From the NCBI GenBank assembly GCA_000002435.2, contig CM018792.1: 64,000 nt of DNA; one strand, 5' to 3'. Numbering within the stretch: position 1 is the stretch's first letter; every line of letters begins with the position of its first letter. The translations under genes were made by a program, and so were the position numbers. The stretch comes from Giardia intestinalis. Lineage: Eukaryota. Below, one piece after another: positions 29,901-38,993 of this stretch. The notes under the pieces were generated by a model that was not told the origin of the DNA, searched no databases, and saw only the letters and a program-made list of their open reading frames with translations.

Positions 29901-30204
29901 AAAAGGATGCAGCGACGGCACGAAACACAGGCTCACCATCTTCCGAGAGTCGCGTGTTCTTGGTCCCTAATACTTCCGCAGACCAACTAGGAGATGGATA
30001 AATTCGCTCGCCGAAGTCAGTAAAGCCAGGGTACTTCCTGAAAAACTCAAAGAGGCGGCGGGAAGCCTCTGAAACATCGTTAGCAGCCGAGAATTTTGGC
30101 TGCTCTAGACGAAGAAAAGTCTCTATCTCCTCCAGAGATGCCCCATTGGGTCCCTGGATGGCCATGAAGAACTTCGTGAATTGTGCGATTTGATGCCAAA
30201 ACAT
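23947..30204 (-). CDS. Giant hypothetical protein (2085 aa); N-terminus winged-helix-like
   Basis: ATG at 30204 with an in-frame TAG immediately upstream. Uninterrupted 6.26-kb ORF. Its stop overlaps the MutL stop by 4 bp in a convergent arrangement. Confidence 0.85.
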   Translation of the reverse strand: MFWHQIAQFTKFFMAIQGPNGASLEEIETFLRLEQPKFSAANDVSEASRRLFEFFRKYPGFTDFGERIYPSPSWSAEVLGTKNTRLSEDGEPVFRAVAASFSHGILATEISSKTKLDSRQVSRFIKILSGNRLVYSLSVTLTGAIKDYWGTNTSNIVWATIFLGRRSDEELREAFIEYTRGLSSFGAHSHQPEGQKAPTAMMVCQYLASTGREQAYEDILDHFIKELGVDSAKARKTLNVQLDTITTALDKAGVLGSYVKLGDTLVYSRFLTPQSLSFKPLSAIRRENKGSQNIFHMSPMSPMTFSPNFLFLTSAQTLASAQQVLPSLTLYPIDGFTPIEVSLLIPLTYGNRVSTVTELLLIKIFQAGEEGIQLTNLRDQFCLARKVMEWISDVLVSSFPVVKSEESGAFKYWYFPHGPQALYTPLFDSPAKTSSGSGSRRSFERKIRYGYSRLAGFLSTNHSGPTSSALSVSLSTNSITVHEMHQEEDSPLKQTLLCATPTDNAPQKPSTPILTPLGCFFPDALECALITYDTQRNIAMSAKAQLILSFFRLTPLYIQQDLVQLASLLPAEVYTSFPLSYGFKDLTKKKTDRKVVQRSIDYLLETGYILESSVSIGAKTCTVYYRSDIFVMDTHELGDSPTSGFLQNMPNLLDRLKVYLSTLPTLLARDETDAGIGADLEQDYLNDPGREGSAELSSGSESSTLSWMTSCMPELTGYESTDVFLHDLNSHVKRSNVKVVVLAGSTRSEQSMAQVSAYLSSCSETLMAIKADISRTKRKYTLRKLMLLHIVLLQSIKDMAHSSVSDISLCEALTFSEYAYLFPFPESSPLYHLFLPYLLSFPNTFIYKVSNPALYLLVLNNFFVLRMGKYREWLQHIDVLHWSIEQPDAKIKNHIHRTVSHLPSLKLSDLKRHPIILNNVLSALYSSLYVSGIGATIRAVHEADTISIELLEPISVSTEQELVLFWSLLEDFSLRVYMALKLCTDEGPISLSCLCNELAIYTLIRSWIVNSETLAFLKERLGDLDFASTIQSSVSKAQEAAMSLCDTIGQQGVIVHINAFMGAVQKELQRLFEAEECSYARASLQHSVTNLLILDYHSLATAAVSDLPLKYLDLHFDGSLDKAFEYYRSSQWNTLHFILHSMKIVTLAFYDFLSQSEPNDHNPQHCVYIPSVSLKPEDIDKNILIQCVPDTRHKVHKVQLSQALVARASAPVSYWVDKVLLNMRPRGGNSSSLSINMQPTDSRGTEYCSMSLFTNSPWLLAFSTESIAAMKATGASIFQKYNRDIQRMRSARSSRLTPALQRQRHKQKQELHLREEFALLLCEESEPKNHPTEQVRALTVEDLTEMVAQYRASRRYISLSDDELRYWEHCMMHYMSLFRVVSPWMRGYASSKPNSEEDGVVALLQEQSSCTLTAVIEKYIKTNATKRDFITYGRIYSMAALSLVSPEIDVLIDLPSAKERSLLLGKFSDVITSIVRNTYRERQLSDPSETVRVANLLYLLTNKINQSPSKKLQSKLLIEKDILINCINSDSLKVEFDFEGAADPDCITYVYDKRFFDLWQPGFLLLCNDIARQSSASPATCYDCSHMIDAEEHISLLIQCILSCNMLHHANPIITYNTDQRALKVCYSTHRLLLRRTDYTEKQSLSRSGDTIQSLISFLCLPYLCNAIIHSTNVLLNDTSNGKALACQRLRDIVCSFRNKVILQQHKWAREIRMFMACTLWNPSQVNITADGAALRAIESMASNSMSDFSLQYLLASGYARQQEYGSLGYSVSKTLQKPSLISADSRNSYLSNIDMGTMTVHHAFLLLPSILFGLHRQRYRLSGSTIEELRIIDPCSIIDLEFGEEDTSFNPVEDILETYAGMDDAVSAMIGDAIQGFQEIGLELVCPLVNLTEDCNSTQKQGIDILLQKYNDTNLSLTLFNCPESKDILLGSGFFVPRRLITETVFVPLETFLASSSYEQFATEFSAISPANCSIDYADGNRYEAELSLRQIISLISLCPGITLDRLCTACVPLLPTTVCFLLNILIWDEAVEARVMVSLPDGYSVQKVISDILVIESTEFSRVVLSTNVEHLADGLYNNIVQT

Positions 30205-30333
30205 CTATGCGAGCAATGGCGGCTGGTGGTTGGCAGCTACTAATCTATACTTGCCGAAATACACTTGACAATAAAATATTTATTCTGACCAAAACCAAAA
30301 CTCGAATTTCGTGCTTTCGTTGTCACCTAATCT

Positions 30334-33300
30334 ATGCTTCCCCCAAAACAGGGACTGACAAGATCGTCTAGAATTGCACAGCCCACACGTATGCAGGTTG
30401 TGGTGAGAGTGCGGCCACCTACGAAGACAGAGCTGGAATCTGGTGTCGGGAACCTCACGTTCCTTGAAAACTCTATACAGGTAAAAGCCAATGCAACAAA
30501 GCGGCAATCTCAGGTTATAGATGAACCTGTCATCGCTGATAACACACAGACCCGAGAGAGGAGATTCACTTTCGATCACCTCTTCGAGCCTTCCTCCACT
30601 CAGGCGGAGGTTTACTATTCGATTGGGCAAGATCTTGTCGATGCAGCCCTTTCTGGAATCAATGCAGCCCTCATGTGCTACGGTGTCACGGGTTCTGGCA
30701 AAACGTATTCCCTGTCTAACCTGACCCCAAACCACGAGGGCCTAGTAGTCCGTTGCTGCTCTCATCTTTTCAACAAGGCTGCGGAAGAGAACACAGACAT
30801 ATCTATTTCGGTCAGCTATTACCAAATTTATCTTGAGCAGGTCTATGATCTGTTGGCCTTTGAGGCAGGAGAAACTGGACCCCAGGTTAAGTCGATAGAG
30901 CAGCGCACAAAGAAGCTCTCGGATCCAAAGCAGTTCATTCCTGGGCTTCCTGTCCGGGAAAATAGGGACGGAACAGTTTTTGTGGAGTCTCTTTCCTCGC
31001 ACATTTGTAGGTCAATGAGTGAGCTTCAGCAGCTACTAGCAATAGGAGAAAACAATAAGATTTTTGCGGCAACGCAGATGAACCAGGCTAGCTCCCGCTC
31101 TCACGTTATTCTAGACTTAAAAATCACGATAAATAGCGGCATGTCCGGCTCACATTCTCGATTTACAACGGAGAAGTACACCAGCAACTTCCTATTTGTC
31201 GACTTAGCTGGATCTGAGCGGCAATCTAAGACGGAAGCCGCTGGGCGTCGTTTGGAGGAGGCTAAATTTATTAACAAGAGCTTGTCTGCACTAGGTAAGA
31301 TAGTCGCTGCACTTTCTAGTAAGGGAACTGCAGAAATGAAAAGTGCAGACTCTGTGCAAGGGAGCCAAACCCCTAAGCAGCGCTCCGTGTCGTCGGCCAG
31401 CCAGACCCCGAGCATTACCAAAGATCCGCTATACTGCGATGACTTCAGCGACGATGACATCAATTCGTCTGGCTGCTTCAGTAGCCGGAGCAGCAACGCA
31501 TCGACAAGGTCGCACTCTCCAAGCGTTAACTCGATGAAGAGTGCATCACGTGACAGTCTTTTGGACGATTCCATTAAGACACACATTCCGTGGCGAGACT
31601 CGAAGCTGACTAGGCTCCTCAAGAACGTGTTGGGAGGGAATTCTCGCGCTACTCTAATGATAAACATCTCTCCGTCCAACGACATGATCCAGGAGACAGT
31701 TACTTCTCTCCTTTTCGGTCGCCGGGCGATGAGTATCGTGCAGGCACCTAAGGTGAATGTCGCAGGCTCCATGAAGGCCCTTTCAGAGCAGATGCAGGCC
31801 GAGATGATAGAATTGAAGGAGACCCTTACGAGGAAGGAGGATGAAAATACAAAACTGAAGACGTTTGTCGTTGAGCTAGAACGGACGATAACAACCCTTA
31901 ACGATCAGTTGGATGAGAAGAACAGAGACCTAGTGGAGACAGAAAATTACTATAAAGAGGTCTTAGCAAAATTGCGGCCTAAGTCTAGTCGCACGTCATG
32001 CGTAACTGATGCGTCTGGTTCTGTGGACTCTCCTACAATGCACCCTCTTTTTAAGAACGAGATTTCCATATCCCCTCATCACAGACAGTCTGACGATGGC
32101 CCTCTGTTGGCAGATCATCACACGAGAAGTCCTGCAGACAGTGGGTTTATGGAGAGGTTCAGTACGGGGGCATCAAAGCGCCTTTCCGATTGCGATGCGA
32201 GTGCTGCCGATCATCCTGGTGTTGCTAAGGGTGTAACTGTTGACAGCATATCAACGTCGGTAGCTACCAAGGCTCTTCTAACAAGCAGAAATGTATACGA
32301 TGGGGTCCCCAGATACAGCAGTGTCGATCAAAATGATCTGGACTACGCCTCTGCTATCTCAGGATTGTGCTCTCCAGGCAGACATTCTCAGCCTAGGAAG
32401 CGTGCCCCTCACAACTTCCGTGATTCTACATCTTCGACCGCTATGCAGGATGAGAGTTTTGCATCTACAGCAATGTCCCCTGTCGCAGGATCTGGGAGCT
32501 TTCGTAACAACCGACCCAATCTGCTTCGTCAATCAATCAGTAGTCATAAAGCAGATGCAGACTGGGATATTAATCAGTTCCGCGCAGAGTACCATGCCCT
32601 CCTTGCCAAGTATCAACTACTCCAAACGAAACTGGAAGGTACACGGGACGGCTCTGTTGTCGACAACAATCTTGGCGTCTCTGAAGACCTTAGCTCATAC
32701 ATTCAGCGCCTTGCAGTGGTGAAGTTCATTAATTACGCGGAAAGCTATGGGGTCTCATCTGTTCACACAGCAAAGCTAAACAATTTGCTACTACAGTTTA
32801 AGGGAACTACATCTAATGCACTAATCAGCATTATTAAGGAGTTGCTTAAGCTAGAGGTATTATTATTGATTGCATCAGACAATAAGGTTCAAATGAAGGA
32901 TATAATGTCAGCCGCCATCGCCAATACAGCCCACCTAGCCCCAAGCGATCTTCCAGGGCGGCAGATCTCTACCTCCATTCTTTCCACCTGCTCAAACCCT
33001 AACAACCCCCTTCCGGTAGACAGTTTTATTTCTGAGGATCTCTTTGCATGGATCAAGGATATAGACGAGAATTCACTTTTAGACAAGAGCAAGTGTAAGC
33101 TGGCAGACGCCGTTCAATCTAATGTACCCCAGTCATCAACCCTGGTTGGCTCTCAAATAACTGTACGCTCTCATAGCAACACAAATTTGCGCGACCCTTC
33201 GAAGACAGGCAGCCGAGCTGGATCTTCACTGCAGGGGGATGTAGATGCTGCATCTGTGGGCACACAGACGGTACACACAGGTGATGGTTTTGCCGTTTTG

Positions 33301-33918
33301 AGTAGCCAGGCTTTAAGTCCTAGATCATCGAACCCGATAACCTTCAGAGACAATGCGCCCAAGACGTCAATACAGCAGTTTGATAAGATGAACTTATACG
33401 AAATAAATAAGATGTGTAACAACCTGTCCTCCGCAAAGACCCAGGCGGATATACCGCACACTATCGTGGAGAGTCTGGCGATTCAGTCCGTACGCCTTTT
33501 TGCAGACATCGTCAATTCGGTGAGCACTTCAACAAATGCCACCAAGGCCAATTTATCCGCGTTTGAAACGGGGACAAACTGCTTGACGAGGAATCTCGAG
33601 TTTTCAAAGCTCATGGACACCAATCTATCATCATTGAATAATGACTTCACTCTTCTCCGTGAAATAATAATAGTTTATGAGCTGTACATTGAGAAGTTGA
33701 TTGAGCTGATGAGTGCGTCTTCTGCGAATGACCAAAGCAATATGGACACTAGTGCATTCAACTCTATATTATCACAACTATCTACCTCTCTCCAACTGTC
33801 GCCTATGACGTGCCTCTCTGCGCTAGGGAGCCAACTCAGCCACTGCAAGACCCCATCCGCCGCCATTCGGGTATTAGCAGACTACTTTATGAACAAAGAA
33901 ACGTCGCATATGGAGTAA
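30334..33918 (+). CDS. Kinesin-like motor protein with N-terminal motor domain and long C-terminal tail (1194 aa)
   Basis: P-loop GVTGSGKTYS, switch I NQASSRSHVIL, switch II VDLAGSERQ, and HIPWRDSKLTRLL / LMINISPS motifs. An ~88-aa Ser-rich insertion lies between the switch-II helix (KSLSALGKIVAALS) and HIPWRDSKLT. A second possible start MQVVVRVRPP lies at ~30391. Confidence 0.9.
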   Translation: MLPPKQGLTRSSRIAQPTRMQVVVRVRPPTKTELESGVGNLTFLENSIQVKANATKRQSQVIDEPVIADNTQTRERRFTFDHLFEPSSTQAEVYYSIGQDLVDAALSGINAALMCYGVTGSGKTYSLSNLTPNHEGLVVRCCSHLFNKAAEENTDISISVSYYQIYLEQVYDLLAFEAGETGPQVKSIEQRTKKLSDPKQFIPGLPVRENRDGTVFVESLSSHICRSMSELQQLLAIGENNKIFAATQMNQASSRSHVILDLKITINSGMSGSHSRFTTEKYTSNFLFVDLAGSERQSKTEAAGRRLEEAKFINKSLSALGKIVAALSSKGTAEMKSADSVQGSQTPKQRSVSSASQTPSITKDPLYCDDFSDDDINSSGCFSSRSSNASTRSHSPSVNSMKSASRDSLLDDSIKTHIPWRDSKLTRLLKNVLGGNSRATLMINISPSNDMIQETVTSLLFGRRAMSIVQAPKVNVAGSMKALSEQMQAEMIELKETLTRKEDENTKLKTFVVELERTITTLNDQLDEKNRDLVETENYYKEVLAKLRPKSSRTSCVTDASGSVDSPTMHPLFKNEISISPHHRQSDDGPLLADHHTRSPADSGFMERFSTGASKRLSDCDASAADHPGVAKGVTVDSISTSVATKALLTSRNVYDGVPRYSSVDQNDLDYASAISGLCSPGRHSQPRKRAPHNFRDSTSSTAMQDESFASTAMSPVAGSGSFRNNRPNLLRQSISSHKADADWDINQFRAEYHALLAKYQLLQTKLEGTRDGSVVDNNLGVSEDLSSYIQRLAVVKFINYAESYGVSSVHTAKLNNLLLQFKGTTSNALISIIKELLKLEVLLLIASDNKVQMKDIMSAAIANTAHLAPSDLPGRQISTSILSTCSNPNNPLPVDSFISEDLFAWIKDIDENSLLDKSKCKLADAVQSNVPQSSTLVGSQITVRSHSNTNLRDPSKTGSRAGSSLQGDVDAASVGTQTVHTGDGFAVLSSQALSPRSSNPITFRDNAPKTSIQQFDKMNLYEINKMCNNLSSAKTQADIPHTIVESLAIQSVRLFADIVNSVSTSTNATKANLSAFETGTNCLTRNLEFSKLMDTNLSSLNNDFTLLREIIIVYELYIEKLIELMSASSANDQSNMDTSAFNSILSQLSTSLQLSPMTCLSALGSQLSHCKTPSAAIRVLADYFMNKETSHME

Positions 33919-33961
33919 ACATGTGGTCCACCTTACACAGGGCTCTATAATTTACTGGAAT

Positions 33962-34801
33962 TCAGAAGATGTCGTTATTATCGTTTCCGGCAATGTCATC
34001 CGTCAAGAAGGTGTTGCCTCGAACTTCACGCTGGTTATTTATGATATCCTGTGCAAAATCGTCATCGTTGTAATCATCGTAGTCTTCCTTGTACTCAGCT
34101 TCCTGTGGCTTCGAGACTGGCGGCGGCTGGGGTGCTTCTACCTGTTCCTTAAAGCACTCAGTATCAAAGGTGTCGTCATCATCGGTCGGTGCAGTGTAGT
34201 CATTATTAGAAGTACGATTCAAAAAGTCCTCGGTTCTGTAGGAGTCCTCCTTGGGGGTGTACCTTTGTCGGTGGGCCCTGACAGAAGGCAAAGATGAATT
34301 GCGAGACGACCGGTCATAGTTGTAGCTAGACATCCCGGCGGACGCAGGAGGGTATTCGGACAGATGCTCAAGATCCTTTCTGGAACGAATGTAGTCGGCC
34401 TCGAGCTTCTGAACAGAATGAGTGGGCTTGACGCTAGAGATCTGGCGGTGGATCCTTTGGTTCTCTGCTTCTATTTCGCGCACCCTCTTCTCGCGCATGA
34501 GAATATTGAGGGACTTCGGACCTTGCTGCTTCAGATGGCAGTCGATGCGCGCCGGGTGGCGTAGTTCGTTATGATAGTCAATTCGTCTCAAAAGAATATG
34601 ATTTTCGCGGTTTATCTGTTCAAGACGTTCGTTTGCTTCGTAGAGCTTCTTAGAACGACACTCAAGATGCGGCTGTCTCGGCGGTGTCTTGTTGTCCACA
34701 GCCGCCTTCATGGACGCCTTCTTCTTCTCGTGCGCTTGCTTATCCCTCTCGACCCAGATCTTTTGGAGGTACTTGGATGCAACGGGTATACCTCTATCCA
34801 T
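33962..34801 (-). CDS. Hypothetical coiled-coil protein with acidic C-terminus (279 aa from first ATG)
   Basis: Track start 34885 is TTG. The first ATG is 34801 with a classic AT-rich upstream (ctcaaaattacaataaaatccaaaaattaATG). K/R/E-rich heptad-like sequence, then a D/E/Y-rich tail. Confidence 0.65.
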   Translation of the reverse strand: MDRGIPVASKYLQKIWVERDKQAHEKKKASMKAAVDNKTPPRQPHLECRSKKLYEANERLEQINRENHILLRRIDYHNELRHPARIDCHLKQQGPKSLNILMREKRVREIEAENQRIHRQISSVKPTHSVQKLEADYIRSRKDLEHLSEYPPASAGMSSYNYDRSSRNSSLPSVRAHRQRYTPKEDSYRTEDFLNRTSNNDYTAPTDDDDTFDTECFKEQVEAPQPPPVSKPQEAEYKEDYDDYNDDDFAQDIINNQREVRGNTFLTDDIAGNDNNDIF

Positions 34802-34939
34802 TAATTTTTGGATTTTATTGTAATTTTGAGATCCCAGCAGGTCAGATCTCTGAGTAGAAACATGGAACTGAATAGTACACAACAAGCATACAGCGCTGTC
34901 CTTTATACCTGTGGAATCATCATCGTCAGAAGGCCGTCT

Positions 34940-35863
34940 CTAATCCTCGGCAACTTCACTAATATTTGAGCTACGATTGCTCGTAGTACTGGCAAAGGAT
35001 CTCAGGTGTATGGCAAACTCGGCATGTGAGTCGGACATATTGCTGCACACGGCTGGATCTATTTCTATCTCATCTTGGGTGCCGTGAATGTTCACAAAGG
35101 AAGCTTGCACAGGTGACGCCAAGGACCGAACAGACGGAACTGTTTCAACGCTCTCAAAAGAGCCACGGAACAAGTGAGCAGGGTCTACCTTAAAGCGGGA
35201 CACCAGCAAGGACGGATTGGTCGCATCCTCTTTATAGGTCATTGAACCTGGAACTATGTACCGTGGAGACACCGTTCCCGAAAAATCTGCCGGAACCTCA
35301 GCACTGAAAACGGTACCGGACAGGGAGACGATATTGGATATAGATTCTGCAACCCTCTGCTTTCGATTTTCTTCTCCTGCGACACACATGGCTGCTACGA
35401 AGGGTCCGAGGTCATACTCTGCATTAGAAGACCGGCTTCCGGATGATCTTTTCCCATGCTTGTTGGATCGGTGTCGTGACTTATCCTTCCCGTTGTACTT
35501 GTGCCCCTTCCAGGCGGAGGAAACCAAGTTGGGATTTGTATAGATGAAGGAGTAAACAGGCTTCGAGAGAGCGTCAGATCCCTCTTGTGAGAGGCCGTAG
35601 CTCATGCTCAGCTTGTCTGTGGTTGATGGCTCATCAGCTAATGGCTTCCTTTTCTCTCTGACCGTGCGATCCTTGCGTTTGCTAGTATTTTCTGTAAGCA
35701 TCTGAACCGCCAAGGACAGGGGAGAAAGCGGCCTCGCAGAAGCTATTACACAACTGGAAGCCTTTCTCTTGCTCTGCTTACATCCAGGTGCATGGCTCAG
35801 AGGTTGATACCTGTCGCCACCTGGCTTTCCAGGTGCTGTTTCTGGAACAGTAGAAACTTTCAT
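34940..35863 (-). CDS. Hypothetical Ser-rich protein (307 aa)
   Basis: ATG at 35863. No recognisable domain. Basic Ser-rich middle region (KDKSRHRSNKHGKRSSGSRSS). Confidence 0.55.
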   Translation of the reverse strand: MKVSTVPETAPGKPGGDRYQPLSHAPGCKQSKRKASSCVIASARPLSPLSLAVQMLTENTSKRKDRTVREKRKPLADEPSTTDKLSMSYGLSQEGSDALSKPVYSFIYTNPNLVSSAWKGHKYNGKDKSRHRSNKHGKRSSGSRSSNAEYDLGPFVAAMCVAGEENRKQRVAESISNIVSLSGTVFSAEVPADFSGTVSPRYIVPGSMTYKEDATNPSLLVSRFKVDPAHLFRGSFESVETVPSVRSLASPVQASFVNIHGTQDEIEIDPAVCSNMSDSHAEFAIHLRSFASTTSNRSSNISEVAED

Positions 35864-36109
35864 GCTGGCTGGCTGGGACCCAGTAGCAGTGATTACAGTA
35901 GCATCGTCTGCCTCCCAGTCGTTGCAGCAGGCACAGAAACCTAATTTCCGCGTCTCAAATTGACCTTAGTGCTGGCAGAATTTGTTTGTAACTCTTGTGG
36001 CACACGAAAATTGCGATATAAGCCATGTTCCGGCAAACTAGTATGTGCTACGGGGCCAGGGCTGACTAAGGTAACGCAGTAATGCAATCAAATCCATGTT
36101 CACACGAGC

Positions 36110-36754
36110 TTATATGGAGGACATGGGTGCGCGTACCGGCGTTCCCAACCGCTGCCCTGGGGGGTCGGTTGTTAGCTCCCTACATTGGGATTTCAAATGA
36201 ACTGTCTGAGAGGAATCTATGTTTTCGTGCTCAGCATAGTTTGAAAATAAGCCGGGATTAGAGCTTACAAGAGAGTGCATGTCTTCAGGAATCATAGCGC
36301 CATCTTGCAAAGACGCCACTAGGTCTGGATTATGAATCAGCACTTGTTCATTTGCACTTATGCGAGTCGATTCTTGTGCCTCCACTATCTCATGTTCAGC
36401 TGGGTCCGCCAGATCGTGGAAATCACTGGGAGGCTCTTCAATAGGAGGCGGGGCTGGTAGATCGGCTGTATAAAGGAGGGACCTTGCGACAGAGAGGTCC
36501 TTTGGCTCGGGAGCAGGCTCCTCGAGGATATTACTGAGCCCACCAGTCATATTGATGTTGGTGTCTGCAATTAATCCATAGCCAGTAACGTTCTCTAAAT
36601 CGGGGGTAGGGAACGCGTCACGCTGGAATGCAGCGCCTGCAGGCCTCGTGTACGCCTCTTCTGTTTCTACCACTACATTGTATCGTTCACAGATGGCCCG
36701 GATCTTATTATACGACTCTGTGAGCATGGAGTACGCCATGGTGGCCGTGTTCAT
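36110..36754 (-). CDS. Hypothetical protein (214 aa)
   Basis: ATG at 36754 with AT-rich upstream (ttttaaaccaaaATG). Pro/Glu-rich middle region. Confidence 0.55.
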   Translation of the reverse strand: MNTATMAYSMLTESYNKIRAICERYNVVVETEEAYTRPAGAAFQRDAFPTPDLENVTGYGLIADTNINMTGGLSNILEEPAPEPKDLSVARSLLYTADLPAPPPIEEPPSDFHDLADPAEHEIVEAQESTRISANEQVLIHNPDLVASLQDGAMIPEDMHSLVSSNPGLFSNYAEHENIDSSQTVHLKSQCRELTTDPPGQRLGTPVRAPMSSI

Positions 36755-37175
36755 TTTGGTTTAAAAGTTTCAAGTCGAGCCCACATTGTATGCCATATGT
36801 CTTTGAGAAGTCTGAGACAGGGATGCTGGTCATTATCTCTCTGACTGCTGTGAGCGGGCTTTGCCAGTTAGCGACACTGCGATTGGCTCCGCTTAGATCG
36901 CTGCTATCATCTATACTGTATCAGGCGGTTTTTGCCACAAATCCTAGTAACTAACTGTATTAGTATCTTAATCTATGTGTTATCGATGTAATGTCATCAG
37001 CTTTTAATTGAGTAACTCACTACTTGCTCACCTCTCAAACCTACGCCTTGCCACCACTTATCTGCCGTGATTTTGGATCTTCTCCGGGTCCCTATTCAGA
37101 TACTGCGTGTCGCTTGAAGATCTATGGCCAGATATCCACCAGCGGATTCATCGATGATGCGTTTACTATCTAAGT

Positions 37176-38963
37176 CTACGCCTTTCCGCGGCAGATGAAC
37201 CACCAACACAAGAAGCCCACGAGGCCCCCAACGACAACAATCACAGCGACGGAGATCCCCGCGATGGCCCCCGTGGAGAGCCCGCCCCTGTTGGCGCCAG
37301 AGGACACACACCTGCCACCCTCCAGCTTGTAGTCGTCCCCGCACTGGCCGCACTTGTTCTCCTCGCTGCACCTGATACACCCGTCGATATTGCAGGCGAT
37401 GCACTTCGTTCCGTCTGTGTCCGGTCTCTGGTCTTTACTGGTACAGGCCTCGCACTTGCCGCCTGCTCCACAGTGCGAGCATCCGTCAACGGTACATGCG
37501 AAGCACCCGCTCCCAGCCAGGTTGGGCTTGTTGTTGCCGCTACACGCTGTGCACGTGGCGGGGGCCATGCCAGGAGCCTCTAGCGCTGCTGGGGCCGTGC
37601 ATGCTGTGCAGCCATATACCCCCACATATGCCTTAGCGGTGCTGCCAGCCCCTATCACTGTGCCAAGGGGGTTCTCGCAGGCCAGGACAGACTGATCAGT
37701 ACTGGATGCCCCCGGGACCAGGAAGTACCGGCCGTTCTCGCTGGGGGCGGTGCACCTCCCTCCCTCGGCAGTCTTGCACATATAGCTACCAGGAGCCTTC
37801 GACACATCATAGCAGCCGCCCATGTACAGGAAGTACCCGGCAGCACACCGGGTGCAGACGCCGTTCTCGCAGGTGTTGTCACCTTTAGTTCCTGTGCAGA
37901 TCCCATCGATGGGGAACGTGGCGGGGTCTCCGCACAGCGAGCAGTACTGGGAGAACGCCCCGGCGCTGTCAACGACGACCGCCCCGCAGGCCCCAGACGT
38001 CCCCCCGCAGGCCGTGGGGTCCTCGCAGGCCTTTGTGCACTTCACCGGATTGGTTCCCTCCTTGCGATAGTTGGACTTGCAATCGGTGCATGTAGGGGTT
38101 AGGCCGCTGTTACATTGGGAGCACCCCTCGATGCCATTGTCGGCTTTACTGTCGCAGGCGAAGCACTTACCAGCAGAGCCGGGTTGTTTCATGAAGAATC
38201 CAGGCTTGCATTTAGTGCACTGATCATTGCCAGCAGCAGAGCATGTAGCACAGTTGGCACCGCAAGCTGTGCATGTATCAGAACCAAAGTATCCGTCGAG
38301 GCAAGCTGAGCAGGTCGGCTTGGCTCCGTTCTTCTTACACGTTTTACAATTAGCAATCCCCTTGTCGTTTGCTTCTGTTCCTGTTGTTGTATCACTGCAT
38401 AATATGCACTTGGTGCTATCATCACTCAGAAAGTGGGATCCGTCGACGTTATCTGTTGCGCACCCAGCATCATCGACGCAAGTGGTTGTCCCATCCAGCT
38501 CTGTCTTCACCTTCTTATTGTTACAGGCGGTGCACTGGGGCTTGCTGACAGTCGTGTTGTACTCACACGCGGTGCAATCTGCTATACCAGACTCCTTGCA
38601 TGTCCTTGTCACAGGGTCAGCATAAGTGTTTCCTTCACATGTAGGTGAACAGGTATTATCGCTTTTCAGATACTTCCCCTCCTTACAGGATGTGCAATGA
38701 TTCGGACCACTTCCACTGCAAGTCAGACAGGACTGATCACACTGATTGCATTCGTTATTCTCTTTATAGTACCCCTCTTGACAGGCAGTGCACGTGGCTG
38801 CCCCCTTATTATTAGTTGGTGCCGTACATGTGGCACAGCCCTCGACTCCCTTCGTCGCGCCATCTCCCACCGTGTCCCAGCAGAGGATGCACTCATTACC
38901 AGGAGTCACTGTTGCAGCCGGGTTCTTGAACAGGCCGTTAGCTGTGTTACAAGCAGTGCACAC
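37176..38963 (-). CDS. Variant-specific surface protein (VSP), 5'-truncated copy lacking a start codon and signal peptide; likely pseudogene or silent cassette
   Basis: Ends ...GGLSTGAIAGISVAVIVVVGGLVGFLCWWFICRGKA* followed by AGTAAAC (37161-37167 on the forward strand). CXXC-rich throughout. The track 'M' at 38963 is actually GTG. An in-frame TAG lies 3 codons upstream. No in-frame ATG occurs until ~aa 256. There is no hydrophobic N-terminal signal sequence. Confidence 0.7.
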   Translation of the reverse strand: MCTACNTANGLFKNPAATVTPGNECILCWDTVGDGATKGVEGCATCTAPTNNKGAATCTACQEGYYKENNECNQCDQSCLTCSGSGPNHCTSCKEGKYLKSDNTCSPTCEGNTYADPVTRTCKESGIADCTACEYNTTVSKPQCTACNNKKVKTELDGTTTCVDDAGCATDNVDGSHFLSDDSTKCILCSDTTTGTEANDKGIANCKTCKKNGAKPTCSACLDGYFGSDTCTACGANCATCSAAGNDQCTKCKPGFFMKQPGSAGKCFACDSKADNGIEGCSQCNSGLTPTCTDCKSNYRKEGTNPVKCTKACEDPTACGGTSGACGAVVVDSAGAFSQYCSLCGDPATFPIDGICTGTKGDNTCENGVCTRCAAGYFLYMGGCYDVSKAPGSYMCKTAEGGRCTAPSENGRYFLVPGASSTDQSVLACENPLGTVIGAGSTAKAYVGVYGCTACTAPAALEAPGMAPATCTACSGNNKPNLAGSGCFACTVDGCSHCGAGGKCEACTSKDQRPDTDGTKCIACNIDGCIRCSEENKCGQCGDDYKLEGGRCVSSGANRGGLSTGAIAGISVAVIVVVGGLVGFLCWWFICRGKA

Positions 38964-38993
38964 TCCACTACTGGCCTTTGTGCATATCTCACT

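Noticed and set aside
33923-34297. 124-aa plus-strand ORF (hydrophobic VIIVVFLVLSF-type sequence)
   Set aside because: Lies antisense to the D/E-rich C-terminal tail of the 33962..34801 gene. Repetitive codons create an open antisense frame.
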